This document shows positions 46,208 to 56,939 of a stretch of 64,000 nt of DNA, piece after piece. A program made the translations under genes and the position numbers. Numbering within the stretch: position 1 is the stretch's first letter; every line of letters starts with the position of its first letter. Under the pieces are notes generated by a model, which saw only the letters and a list, made by a program, of their open reading frames with translations, searched no databases and was not told the DNA's origin. Origin of the DNA: a virus (taxonomy: Duplodnaviria; Caudoviricetes); the IMG/VR virus record IMGVR_UViG_3300031555_004942, positions 1 through 64,000 of that record; one strand, 5' to 3'.

Positions 46208-49117
46208 GTGTATTTAATGCCTAACAGATTATTTTATACAGCAAAATTTGATAGTGATTATATTATTTATTGTAAGTCTGATATAAGAGCAAATTTTTTT
46301 GAATTATTTAGGGCAGGAAATATTATATCTTTAGCAGATTCCCAGATGTTAAAAACCATAAGGCAACTTACAAATCATATTGTTGATTTAAATAAAATAG
46401 AACAGTGGTATGAAGAGCGAGATAGAATAAAAAAGAGAGCAAATTCAAAAGAAAATCGAGAGAGAATCAGAAAATTACAAAAAAATATATATGATATGAT
46501 GTATATCCCTGAATACATAACAGTTGTAATAAATAATGCTAAACATTATGAAAAATTTTTCAAAAAGGGATTTTATTTCAATGGAGAAAAGTATACGAGG
46601 TTTTCATGTTCTGCTTCACAAGCAAGAGTTTCTACTGTTGTATTTATAAAAGATAGTTTAAAAGAACAGATGAAGGAAATATTGGATAATGGAAGAAAAT
46701 TAGATAAAGCTATTGCACCGAGCAAATATAATGCATATTTTGGATTATATTCATCAGCAATAAAAGAAGTAACAGCTCCTAGATTTTGTATAATACCTGA
46801 TTTTTGTGAAACAGATAAAGTTATAGTTGATTATATTATTACAACAGATGATTATTCAGATGATATTGTAGAAGAAAGACAAATAGAAGTAGAATTTAAC
46901 AGATTTGATGGAGGAGGATTAATAACTCCTCAAATGGCTGAACAATGGAGTAAAGATATAGGAATTTATTTTCCTGAAGAAGAAAAAGAGGAAAAAAGAG
47001 GATATATTGCTTGTCAATTCTGTATAAGACAAAGTTTTGCAAAAGGTATGTTGAATGTTTTTGAAACAGAATTATTTTGTAGAGAAAAAAATAATGGAAA
47101 TTACATAGTAAAAGATATCTATGGGAAAGATGTAGATTTAAGAGAAATAGATGTTATTTTAACAGAAGGACAAGTTAAATTATGGGATTCTTTTGGATAT
47201 GAAGATGAAGAAGGTAATTGGATTCCTTCTCAGGAAGTATATGAAAACAATATAAAGAAAAATAATATTGTTTGGGGTGTAACCAGATTTACTCCAGAAG
47301 AAGATGATAAGACATTAATAACAAATTATCAATTTTTACAAACATTAAAAATGTCTGATGAAGATATAAAAGAGTTATGTCAAACTACTGTTGATTATAT
47401 TACAGGAGTTACTAATGAAGATTATAATTATGCTTTATTATTTATGCTTGGAGAAAGTATGAATGAGAGAAAGATGCAAAATTATATGAAATCAAGCGAT
47501 AATTATTGGTTAAAAAGTTTAATTTGTAATCCTGATTTATTTAATGATAAATACACTAAAGAGAAGATACGTGATTGTATAAAAAGAAGAATTGAACAAG
47601 CATGTATTGGTAAGATAATGGTTGAAGGAAACTTTCAAGTAATTATTCCTGACAGTTATGCTTTAATGGAATGGGTTTGTTATAGAGACTCAAATAGAGT
47701 TAAAGGATTATTAAGAGCAGGAGAATGTTATAGTAAGTTTTGGAAAGATAGAGATAGTAAGACCATATTATCTCAGAGAAGTCCATTAACACATTTTAGT
47801 GAATGTCATTTATTAAATGTTGTTTGGAATGAAGAAATTGAAAAATGGTTTAAATATAGTTATACTGGTTTTTATATTAATACTCATGATGATAGTACTA
47901 TGAGATGGGCGGGTGCGGATTTCGATTATGACATTGTTGCAAGTACTAATAATCCAGTAATGATTAGAAGTGTTTACAAAAACCAAAAACCAGTAACATA
48001 TGATATTCCAAAACCTTTTAAAAAAGTATTTACAGAAGAAGATTTATATATAGCAGATGTAAAGACATTTGGTTCATTAATAGGACCTTTAACAAATAGA
48101 GGTACAAGCATTGTTGCTTTAATTTCGGAATATAAACAACGATTTGATAAATCAGGATTAGATGGAGATAAGAAAAAATTAGAACTTTTACATAATCGTC
48201 TAAAAATGGTATGTGCAAGTCAGAGTAGGCAGATAGACAAAGCTAAGATTGGCAAAGAAGTAAAAGGAATTCCAAAAATTTGGACAAATTATCAGCATAT
48301 TAGTATAGAAGATTCTGATGAAGAGAAAAAAAATAAGGAATTTTATAATAGTCTTTTATGTGATAAGAAACCATATTTCTTTAAATATGTTTATAAAACA
48401 GAAAATAAAAAATACAATCAATATTGTAAAAAAGTTGATTTAAGATGTTATAGTTTGTTTGATATTACATTAAAAGAATTATTATCAAAAGAGGATAAAA
48501 CAGAAGCTCAAGAAGAATTTATCAGATCATTTAAGGATAAAAATGGATTTATAAATTCAGAATGTGAAATGAATAAAATATGTTGGTATATAGAAAATGT
48601 TTTTAAAGATATAAATAAAAAAGTAAGAGATGGTTCATCTTTTGATTATACATATTTTATAACTGATGAAATTGAATTTGATAAGCACAAATATAATCAA
48701 ATTAAAGAATTTTTAAACTTATGTTTAAGTAAAAAAAGAGACAGTATTGGTCAGAAAAACAAGAAAGTTTTTTCAGAAGAGAAACTTATAAATAATAATT
48801 CTGACAAATCTGATGATAAAAATACATGGGTACAAGATATAAAGAATGAATTATATCAAAAATATTGTTCTAATGGATATGAATTAACTAATTATTTAAT
48901 TAAATTTTTCTATGAAGATAAGAAGAATTTTAGCAAAAATACCTTATGGAAAATATGTGGAGATGTTTTATATAATATATCTTTAGAAAAAAGTAATGGA
49001 AATATAACAATACCTATCAAAGATCAAAATGGAGATATAGAATTTTGGTTTGATAAGTTTTCTGTACAAAACATTATTTTAGAAAAGGAGAAAGAATCAG
49101 ATGATAAAAATATTTGA
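46208..49117 (+). CDS. YonO-like single-subunit RNA polymerase (RdRP-like double-psi barrel)
   Basis: 969 aa; FDGGGLI, QFCIR..KG, TNYQFLQ, RSP, GADFDYD, IDKAK; SPbeta-like synteny. Confidence 0.85.
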   Translation: MYLMPNRLFYTAKFDSDYIIYCKSDIRANFFELFRAGNIISLADSQMLKTIRQLTNHIVDLNKIEQWYEERDRIKKRANSKENRERIRKLQKNIYDMMYIPEYITVVINNAKHYEKFFKKGFYFNGEKYTRFSCSASQARVSTVVFIKDSLKEQMKEILDNGRKLDKAIAPSKYNAYFGLYSSAIKEVTAPRFCIIPDFCETDKVIVDYIITTDDYSDDIVEERQIEVEFNRFDGGGLITPQMAEQWSKDIGIYFPEEEKEEKRGYIACQFCIRQSFAKGMLNVFETELFCREKNNGNYIVKDIYGKDVDLREIDVILTEGQVKLWDSFGYEDEEGNWIPSQEVYENNIKKNNIVWGVTRFTPEEDDKTLITNYQFLQTLKMSDEDIKELCQTTVDYITGVTNEDYNYALLFMLGESMNERKMQNYMKSSDNYWLKSLICNPDLFNDKYTKEKIRDCIKRRIEQACIGKIMVEGNFQVIIPDSYALMEWVCYRDSNRVKGLLRAGECYSKFWKDRDSKTILSQRSPLTHFSECHLLNVVWNEEIEKWFKYSYTGFYINTHDDSTMRWAGADFDYDIVASTNNPVMIRSVYKNQKPVTYDIPKPFKKVFTEEDLYIADVKTFGSLIGPLTNRGTSIVALISEYKQRFDKSGLDGDKKKLELLHNRLKMVCASQSRQIDKAKIGKEVKGIPKIWTNYQHISIEDSDEEKKNKEFYNSLLCDKKPYFFKYVYKTENKKYNQYCKKVDLRCYSLFDITLKELLSKEDKTEAQEEFIRSFKDKNGFINSECEMNKICWYIENVFKDINKKVRDGSSFDYTYFITDEIEFDKHKYNQIKEFLNLCLSKKRDSIGQKNKKVFSEEKLINNNSDKSDDKNTWVQDIKNELYQKYCSNGYELTNYLIKFFYEDKKNFSKNTLWKICGDVLYNISLEKSNGNITIPIKDQNGDIEFWFDKFSVQNIILEKEKESDDKNI

Positions 49118-50057
49118 TGAAAAAGCTTATATAGATATATATATAAAACAAGGGTTTAAAAATTTACATTCATGGACTAGAGATGCTATATTATATGTAA
49201 GATGGCTTAAACTTCCTTACGAACAAGGAGGTTGTGGTAGAGAGTTATCTAAAAAAGAATGTAAAGAAGAATTAATTAGAATTTGTAAAAAAAGTATTCC
49301 ATTATTTAATGAAATGTCAGATTATAAAAAAATTGAAAATATTATAAAAAAAGCATGGGCAAATAAAGAACCACTATTACAAGTAAAAAATATACGTATT
49401 AGTCATACATTATTTTCATGGTTTAAAAAACAAGGATTGAAAAAAAATGAATTAAAATTATTATTTACTTTATATGTGGGATATTTAATCAAGAAAAACA
49501 ATTTAAAGATTAAAGATGCTACATGGTTTGGGCAGATAACAGACAGGGAGTTTTTAAGAAGTAACTCAAACATATCAAGTAGTTTTTCTATTAAAAAAGC
49601 ATTAAATTCATTTAGGGATAAAGGGTTAATTGATTTAAGAGGAGAATATTTTTCTATAATTTTTATTAATCGTGAGGATTTTAAGGTTTGTGAAAATAAT
49701 GTTAGTAATTTAGAAACTCTAACAGGATATGATTTAGAAAACATAGGGGAAGCCTTATATAAATTTTATGACAATTATAGATATTGTGATGATTGTGGAA
49801 GATTAATTGATAAGACAAAATCCACGAATAAAAAATATTGTGAAGAATGTGCTAAGTTACATAAATATAAGCCTCAAGGGACTAAAGTTGTAACATGTAA
49901 AGATTGTGAACGTCAATTTGAAACATCTGCAAAAAACAATAAAGAAGAATACAGATGTGAAGAGTGTTACAAAAAACATAGACGAAAGAAAAAAGCTGAA
50001 ACTATGAGAAAATTACGAGAAAAAAAGCCTATGTGGTCAGGACAAATGGAAAGTTGA
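49101..50057 (+). CDS. hypothetical protein with C-terminal Zn ribbons
   Basis: Four CxxC motifs; coupled to the RNAP gene. Confidence 0.75.
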   Translation: MIKIFDEKAYIDIYIKQGFKNLHSWTRDAILYVRWLKLPYEQGGCGRELSKKECKEELIRICKKSIPLFNEMSDYKKIENIIKKAWANKEPLLQVKNIRISHTLFSWFKKQGLKKNELKLLFTLYVGYLIKKNNLKIKDATWFGQITDREFLRSNSNISSSFSIKKALNSFRDKGLIDLRGEYFSIIFINREDFKVCENNVSNLETLTGYDLENIGEALYKFYDNYRYCDDCGRLIDKTKSTNKKYCEECAKLHKYKPQGTKVVTCKDCERQFETSAKNNKEEYRCEECYKKHRRKKKAETMRKLREKKPMWSGQMES

Positions 50058-50272
50058 AATGATTTTTTATAAGGTTTTTTTGCTGATGTTTATTAGAAAA
50101 AAAGGGATCGAAAAAAATAAAAAGTCGAGATTTCATTTATGGAAGAGAATATAGTTCTCATAAATAAAATAATTAAGATAAATTATATATTTATCGAATG
50201 AAGCGTAACATTTCAACACTAAATAAAAAAAAATTATTAAAGGGACTTTATAAGTCGAAAGGAGAAATTAAA

Positions 50273-50542
50273 ATGAAAAGAGAAGATATGATTAGAAGAA
50301 TTGCTCAGAGAGCTAACATGACACAGAAGGAAATCCTTCCTATTTTGGAGGTAATTGAAGATGAAACACTTTTTGCGATTTCTAATGAAGAAGAAATGCC
50401 ATTTAAATTTGGAAAAATTGGTGGCAAGACAGTTCCTGCAAGAAATGGAGTAAATCCAAAGACAGGAGAAAAGATTAAGATTGAAGAAAAGAGAGGATAT
50501 CCTTATTTCAAGGCATCATCAAAAGCGAAAGGCAAGAACTAA
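50273..50542 (+). CDS. hup: HU-family DNA-binding protein
   Basis: MKREDMIRRIA..FG..ARNGVNPKTGEKIKI..PYFKAS. Confidence 0.88.
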   Translation: MKREDMIRRIAQRANMTQKEILPILEVIEDETLFAISNEEEMPFKFGKIGGKTVPARNGVNPKTGEKIKIEEKRGYPYFKASSKAKGKN

Positions 50543-50770
50543 TTGATGATAGAGTGAAGGAGTTTAATCTCAGATAATTAGAATAAGATGAGAGGAAGTA
50601 AGACACTTCCTCTCTATTTATTATATTTTAAGTAATTAAAACAAGTATTATCTAATATTGTTTTTATAGTTTTTCATATACATCCTTTCTTTTTTACAAA
50701 TATAAATAGATAATGCTTGTTTTAATTATTTAAAATATGATAATAAAAATCAAATTTTATTATATAAAAA

Positions 50771-50817
50771 ATACAATATATAGTGTATTATATTTATATA
50801 TATACTATATATAGTGT
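50771..50817. promoter_or_regulatory. tandem NrdR boxes
   Basis: ATACAATATATAGTGT (50771) and ATACTATATATAGTGT (50802), 31 bp apart. Confidence 0.75.
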
Positions 50818-50854
50818 AAAAAAAAGTTATTAAAGGAAAGAAAGGAAAATAAAA

Positions 50855-51880
50855 ATGAGTGATAAAAAAATAATAGATATTATTATACCCGCATATAAAG
50901 CACAAGATAGTATTGAAAGAACAATTGCAAGTATTGCAATTCAATCAATTAAAAATCAAGTGAGAGTTACAATAGTTAATGATTGTGATGGTATTGGATA
51001 TAGTAAAATAATTAAAAGGTATTCTGATTTATTAGATATTAGAGAAATATGTTTGGATAAGAATGGTGGACCTGGTGTTGCTAGACAATATGGTATAGAC
51101 AATACTGAATTGCCTTATTTTACATGTATTGATGCTGATGATACTTTTGCAGGAGCATTTGCTTTAGAAACATTATATAGAAACTTAATATCAGATCCTG
51201 TTGGAGTATGTTGCGTAGGAGGGTTCTTAGAAGAACATGAAAATTTACAATTTGTACCACACCAAGGAGATTTAATTTGGATGTTTGGTAAATTGTATTT
51301 ACGTAAATTTATTGAAAAATATGAAATTAAATTTAATGATACTAGAGCTAATGAAGATAATGGGTTTAATACTTTGGTTAGACTATGTTCTGATGAATAT
51401 GAAAAGATTATATTTATACAAGATATCGTCTATTATTGGCATTTTAAAGAGGATAGTATAACTCGTATTAATAATTGTGAATATTCATATAATCAAAGTT
51501 TTCCAGGATATACAGAAAATATGATATATGCAATTAAGGAAGCTAAGAAAAAGAAGCCATTTAATGGATATATTAATTTATGGGCAACACAAGTTATGAT
51601 ACATTTATATGTGTATTGGTTAGAGACGTGTGAAAGAGACCCTAGATTTAAAGATCAGAATTTTAATAGTTGTGTAAAATTTTATAAAGAAGTATTTAAA
51701 GATATCTATAAAGAATTATCAGAAAAAATCTTTAAAGAAGTTTATAGTAATGTAATGATGACATCTGCTCAAGGAATGATTGGAGTTTGTCCTGAAGTTA
51801 CTATTTATCAATTTTTAGATATTTTAGAAGAAGAAATAACTGAGAAAAAAGAGGAGATAAAAAATGATAAAACAAAATAA
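50855..51880 (+). CDS. GT2-family glycosyltransferase
   Basis: IIIPAY, IVNDC, NGGPGVARQYG, IDADD, NED. Confidence 0.9.
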   Translation: MSDKKIIDIIIPAYKAQDSIERTIASIAIQSIKNQVRVTIVNDCDGIGYSKIIKRYSDLLDIREICLDKNGGPGVARQYGIDNTELPYFTCIDADDTFAGAFALETLYRNLISDPVGVCCVGGFLEEHENLQFVPHQGDLIWMFGKLYLRKFIEKYEIKFNDTRANEDNGFNTLVRLCSDEYEKIIFIQDIVYYWHFKEDSITRINNCEYSYNQSFPGYTENMIYAIKEAKKKKPFNGYINLWATQVMIHLYVYWLETCERDPRFKDQNFNSCVKFYKEVFKDIYKELSEKIFKEVYSNVMMTSAQGMIGVCPEVTIYQFLDILEEEITEKKEEIKNDKTK

Positions 51881-53177
51881 TGAAACATTTTTACAATTCG
51901 CTAAAAGGTTATTAACAACAGATAATATAACTGAATATGGATTAGTTGAAATATATCGTATGTTATTTGGAGAAGTTGTATCATATGATAATGCTCAAAG
52001 ACAATTAAGAGGAATTACTCGTTTTATAAAACAATGTGATATAGAAGATATAAATAAAGCAGGAGAAGAAATTCAATCACATCAAATAGATATAAGTTTA
52101 AATAAAGATGGTAGTCAAACTAGAAATGCTTTATTATATTTATCTGAAGAACAGGTAAAGACACCTAAATTACTTTTAGAAGCACATGGATATGATCCTA
52201 ATGTTTTTGAATTAGTTAATAGTAAGAATTCAATGTGGCATCAAAAAAGTAATATTCATGGATTATCTACTTTATATTGTAGTAAGATTACAGTAAAACC
52301 AAGAACTGAGATTAGTTTAGAGCAAGTTGAGGAAATTTTTAAAAAACTAGATAGAGAAAAAACAGATGTATTGGTAAGATCAGATAATAATATATTAAGT
52401 ATTATTAATGATAGTGATGAATGTTTTGTATTAAATTTTTTTGATGTTCATTTTGCTAAATTAGCACATTCAGAAGAAACAGGTGAAGAATATAATTATA
52501 AAATTGCAAGAGATAGAATGATAAATTCTGTTATGGAATATAAAAATAGATTTAATAATAAAAGATTTGATTCTATTTATTTTGCAATAGGTCAGGATTA
52601 TTTCAATTCAGAGCCAACAGGTGCAACTGTGAATAACACAAAGCAAGATAATGATGTTAGATATTCTGTGATGTTTGAAAAAGGAGTGGAAGCTCTTATA
52701 GATGTTATAGAAATATTAAAAACTATGGGTAATATTATTTATATTCCTTTAGTTCAAGGTAATCATAGCACATATACTGAATATTATGCTGCACAGTTTT
52801 TAAAAGCATGGTATAGACATGAAAATAATGTAATTATAGATACATCAATACTTCCAAGAAAATATTATAGTTTTGGTGTTAATCTATTTGGATTCACTCA
52901 TAATAGTGAAGAAAAAAATAGGATATATACATTGATGCAAATAGAAGCTCCACAGTTATGGGCAGAAACGGAAGAAAGAACATGGTTTACTGGACATTTA
53001 CATAAAGAGGATGTAAAAGAAGATGGGGGAGTGTTTATTAGACAATCTCCTTCCATGTGTAGTACTGATTCATGGCATAAACAAAAAGGATATGTGGGGT
53101 CAATAAAAAGGACACAAGGGTTTGTATATAATTATTTAGAAGGATTAACTGAAAGTCATTATGTAAAAGTAAAATAA
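51864..53177 (+). CDS. metallophosphoesterase-domain protein (YonJ-like position)
   Basis: DVH, GQD, GNH, TH, GHLH calcineurin-like motifs. Confidence 0.8.
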   Translation: MIKQNNETFLQFAKRLLTTDNITEYGLVEIYRMLFGEVVSYDNAQRQLRGITRFIKQCDIEDINKAGEEIQSHQIDISLNKDGSQTRNALLYLSEEQVKTPKLLLEAHGYDPNVFELVNSKNSMWHQKSNIHGLSTLYCSKITVKPRTEISLEQVEEIFKKLDREKTDVLVRSDNNILSIINDSDECFVLNFFDVHFAKLAHSEETGEEYNYKIARDRMINSVMEYKNRFNNKRFDSIYFAIGQDYFNSEPTGATVNNTKQDNDVRYSVMFEKGVEALIDVIEILKTMGNIIYIPLVQGNHSTYTEYYAAQFLKAWYRHENNVIIDTSILPRKYYSFGVNLFGFTHNSEEKNRIYTLMQIEAPQLWAETEERTWFTGHLHKEDVKEDGGVFIRQSPSMCSTDSWHKQKGYVGSIKRTQGFVYNYLEGLTESHYVKVK

Positions 53178-53205
53178 AATATAATAAGAAAGGAGTTGAG
53201 ATAAA

Positions 53206-53532
53206 ATGCAAATAAGACAAAAATATATTATTTTTGACAAACCTACAAATACTCCTTTATCTTATGAAATAGATTTCACAAAATCTGATCTATTAAAAAT
53301 TCAGGTTAGTGGAGATGGAGAATGTGATATAAAGATTTATGGGAAGATACATCCTAAATCAGAGTATTCCCTAATGAGTATTATTAAAGATTTTGATTAT
53401 AATTTTATTAATACTATTAATTCAAAAGGTGTATATACAATATCTGCAACAGGATACGATAAACTTAAAATTGAAACAAATAATGCAGATAGCACTTTGA
53501 CTTGTGTGGCAAGTGAGGTGGTTGAAGTATGA
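53206..53532 (+). CDS. hypothetical protein, possibly structural
   Basis: SD; beta-rich 108 aa. Confidence 0.7.
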   Translation: MQIRQKYIIFDKPTNTPLSYEIDFTKSDLLKIQVSGDGECDIKIYGKIHPKSEYSLMSIIKDFDYNFINTINSKGVYTISATGYDKLKIETNNADSTLTCVASEVVEV

Positions 53533-53777
53533 CAGATATTACAGCACGAGCATTAGCTATGCAAGCAATTAATATGAAAAATATAAATCAGTTTAGTTCA
53601 AAAGCTGAATTTCCAATTATTGGGCAAGAAGGTATTTTATATATAGATGAGATTAATAATCAATTGTATTATTGGAATTTAAATACTCAGAGTTATGCAT
53701 TATTAATTTCAGGGAATTTAGATATAGAAAATATCTTATCTGGAATAATATTAGATGGTGGTTCATCATCATCTTAA
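53529..53777 (+). CDS. hypothetical protein, fibre-like fragment
   Basis: FPIIG..LYID..LYYWN motif seen in phage fibre proteins. Confidence 0.65.
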   Translation: MTDITARALAMQAINMKNINQFSSKAEFPIIGQEGILYIDEINNQLYYWNLNTQSYALLISGNLDIENILSGIILDGGSSSS

Positions 53778-53801
53778 ATTAAAAATATAGGAGGGGGTTT
53801 T

Positions 53802-56800
53802 ATGATAAATGATTCATATAATCAAATTGATGTAAAAATAGTGCATAAAAATGATACTTATGAAAATTGGACAAAAAACAATCCTGTTTTATTAAATTCA
53901 GAGATTGGGTATGATACTACTAATAAAAAAATTAAAATAGGTGACGGTGCGACTAATTGGAATTCTTTACCTTATTATGATGAAGACTATATTAATGAAA
54001 AAATTGCAGAATTAGTTGATACAGCACCAGAAACTCTGAATACACTAAATGAACTTGCACGAGCTTTGGGAGATGACCCGAATTTTGCTACAACAATAGC
54101 AAACCAGATTGGTAACAAAGTAGATAAAATTGAGGGAATGGGTTTATCTGCTAATAATTTTACAAATTCAGAAAAAGAAAAACTTGCTAATTTATCAAAA
54201 ATTCCTATTAATAATGGTACTGGCAAAAATAGTATAGTTATAAATGATGGTGAGGCAAATGGAGAATATTCAGTTGCTGGGGGTGTTACAGATAAGAGTG
54301 TTATAGAGTCTCTTGTAGGTAGTGTTGCAGCTTCGTTAGTTAAGGTTGATAAAGCTAAAGCAAATGGAATTATGTCTTTATCTTATGGAGTAAATACAGA
54401 AACACAGACTTCAGGAAGTATGGCTCTGGGAGTTGATAATATTGTGGGTGTTAAAGGTTATTATTGGCACACAATAGATTTTATAAATAAAACAATAACT
54501 CTATCTACTAATAGACCAACGACATTATCAGGTTCTGTAAAAGCTCCTAGTAATTTAGATTGGGAAGTTGGTGACTACATATCAATTACCAATGAAAGTA
54601 ACTATCCATTCTGTACCAAGATTACCGCAATTACAGGCAATATTATTACTGTTGAATCATTGCCGTTTAAGAGTAATCCATATGATACAAAAAAAACAAT
54701 ACTTGGTCAAGAGGTAATAGTTTATCCTGCAGTATATGCCACTCCATACAATAGAACTATTTATGCAGTATATCGAGATGAATATATATCTGTTCTTGAT
54801 AAAACTATAGAACATTGGGCTTTTAGAAATGGTATTGTAGAGTTAGGTTTTGGTGGAACGGCTATTGGTGCTTTAAATAAAGTGTCTGGATTGGTGGCAT
54901 CTGCAAAAGGCTTTGAAAACTTTGCAGTTGGAGACTATTCTGAAGTTTCTGGATCACATAATATTGCTGGAGAATATGCTTCTGCAAGAGGATTTTGGAC
55001 TAAAGCATTAGGTCGATTTTCAACAACTGATGGTAGAGGTACTGAAGCTTTGGGAGAAGCTCAATATGTTCATGGTAAGTATAATATCCTTGATCCAAGC
55101 AATAAATATATCGAGATTGCTGGTAATGGTAAAAATGAAGATAATCGTTCTAATGCTTATACATTAGATTGGAATGGTAATGCATGGTATGCAGGAAATG
55201 TTGATGCTACAGATGGTAATTTTTCTGGTAATGTATCTGGTACAAACGCAAATTTTAGTGGATATGTAACTGATGGCTCTGGTAATAGACTAATAGATTC
55301 AAATACTGCAATAAATAATGCGGCTAAATGTTTTGGAGAAGAAGTTTTAATTAATGGCGATAATTATGTAGAGTATTTTAATGCTCTTGGCATTAAAGAT
55401 TATTCTATTACAGGAAATGGAGCTGTGACTACTTATGATGAATCTACAAATTCTTATTACCTGCCTATAACTTGTGGAGTTAAAGAAAATATAAAAGCTG
55501 TTGATGGAGATAAATATTTATTGATTGAGTCTCCTACTGCCGCTATAGCACATCGCTTTATTCATTTATTACGAAATGATAATACAAATATAGTAGAGAT
55601 AGGTCATTCGTATACTTTTACTGCATGGTGTAAGACAAAGAAAGGCACTAATACTGTTAAAACACATATTAGTTCATCAGCATTAAGTACAAATACAATT
55701 ATGCCAACTCAAACAAAAGCTTCAGCCGTAACTATCAATAGTAATGAATGGACAAAAGTTATTGGAACTTTTAATATTATAGAGGCAACTGGAGATAAAA
55801 CTCAAAATAATGGATTTCATTTAGGAGTTGAATTTACATCTTCTAATTTTAGTGATATATATATAGATAATTATTGTCTTGTAGATAATGAAAATCCTGA
55901 TGTGAATTTGCTTGAACATAGTATTGCTAAAACTAACAGTAAATATGTAAAGTGTGATTATATGTTTGAAGGCATTAATGGGACTATAGATGGACTAGTT
56001 AATGGTACTGCTTCTTTTGTAGAAGGTGGTACTGCTGATTATATTCCATCTTCTGTTACAGTTAATATTCCTGTAGATGCGGAGACTTTTACAGGCACAT
56101 TAAATTATGTTAACGATAGTTTGCCTGAATTACCCGCATTTTTTGGATATACATCTACGTATACACTGGAAACAACATCTGACGTAATATTTGATCTAGT
56201 ATGCTACAGTAAGATAAATTCCCCTACAAAAGTATCCCAGCTTGAAAATGACATAGGCTATCTTACAGAGCATCAGGACATATCGGGAAAAGCTGATGTA
56301 AACCATAAGCACCCTGAGTATTTAACCGAACATCAAGATATATCAATAAAAGCTGATATAGACCATACTCATACAGGGGAGCAGGTAAATGTGACATTGG
56401 AAATACTTGATGATAACAGAGAACCTACAGGCGAATCATCAACAATATCTTTGAACGAATTTGTAAATCAGGTGGTTTTATTAGAGGGTAGAACTATTAT
56501 TGAAGGTATAATCAATGAGATTGACATCATAAATACCGATAAAGTGAACAAGTCAGAGTTGGAGACAAAGGCAGACAAGACTATCATACAAACTGATACC
56601 GAAGCGACAGAATATGCATTTGACTTTTCTGATATGTATAACAAGGAAATGAGATTGCAATCAGCATCTTCTATAAGTATTAAATTTGCAGACAATGAGT
56701 ATGCGAATGACTATATCTCAGGGTTGAGCTTTAACAGTGGTGAAACACCTACAGGATTTGATTATGCTGATAGTGGTATCATAAATTGGGTGGGAACAGA

Positions 56801-56939
56801 TTGTGTAAAGAATGGAGATCTCTCTATATTCCAACCGTCTGCCAATACTCATTATGACATTGTGTTTTATTTTAATGGTGTGCAGTTTATAGGACTAGTA
56901 AACGGCTTTGTACCTGCAATAGGAAATGAGGCGGTATAA
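53802..56939 (+). CDS. mosaic tail-fibre/adhesin protein with CBM-like domain
   Basis: NPVLLNSEIGYD..KIGDG; APETLNTLNELARALGDDPNFATT; YTFTAW..EWTKV..IYIDN; YLTEHQDIS repeats. Confidence 0.75.
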   Translation: MINDSYNQIDVKIVHKNDTYENWTKNNPVLLNSEIGYDTTNKKIKIGDGATNWNSLPYYDEDYINEKIAELVDTAPETLNTLNELARALGDDPNFATTIANQIGNKVDKIEGMGLSANNFTNSEKEKLANLSKIPINNGTGKNSIVINDGEANGEYSVAGGVTDKSVIESLVGSVAASLVKVDKAKANGIMSLSYGVNTETQTSGSMALGVDNIVGVKGYYWHTIDFINKTITLSTNRPTTLSGSVKAPSNLDWEVGDYISITNESNYPFCTKITAITGNIITVESLPFKSNPYDTKKTILGQEVIVYPAVYATPYNRTIYAVYRDEYISVLDKTIEHWAFRNGIVELGFGGTAIGALNKVSGLVASAKGFENFAVGDYSEVSGSHNIAGEYASARGFWTKALGRFSTTDGRGTEALGEAQYVHGKYNILDPSNKYIEIAGNGKNEDNRSNAYTLDWNGNAWYAGNVDATDGNFSGNVSGTNANFSGYVTDGSGNRLIDSNTAINNAAKCFGEEVLINGDNYVEYFNALGIKDYSITGNGAVTTYDESTNSYYLPITCGVKENIKAVDGDKYLLIESPTAAIAHRFIHLLRNDNTNIVEIGHSYTFTAWCKTKKGTNTVKTHISSSALSTNTIMPTQTKASAVTINSNEWTKVIGTFNIIEATGDKTQNNGFHLGVEFTSSNFSDIYIDNYCLVDNENPDVNLLEHSIAKTNSKYVKCDYMFEGINGTIDGLVNGTASFVEGGTADYIPSSVTVNIPVDAETFTGTLNYVNDSLPELPAFFGYTSTYTLETTSDVIFDLVCYSKINSPTKVSQLENDIGYLTEHQDISGKADVNHKHPEYLTEHQDISIKADIDHTHTGEQVNVTLEILDDNREPTGESSTISLNEFVNQVVLLEGRTIIEGIINEIDIINTDKVNKSELETKADKTIIQTDTEATEYAFDFSDMYNKEMRLQSASSISIKFADNEYANDYISGLSFNSGETPTGFDYADSGIINWVGTDCVKNGDLSIFQPSANTHYDIVFYFNGVQFIGLVNGFVPAIGNEAV

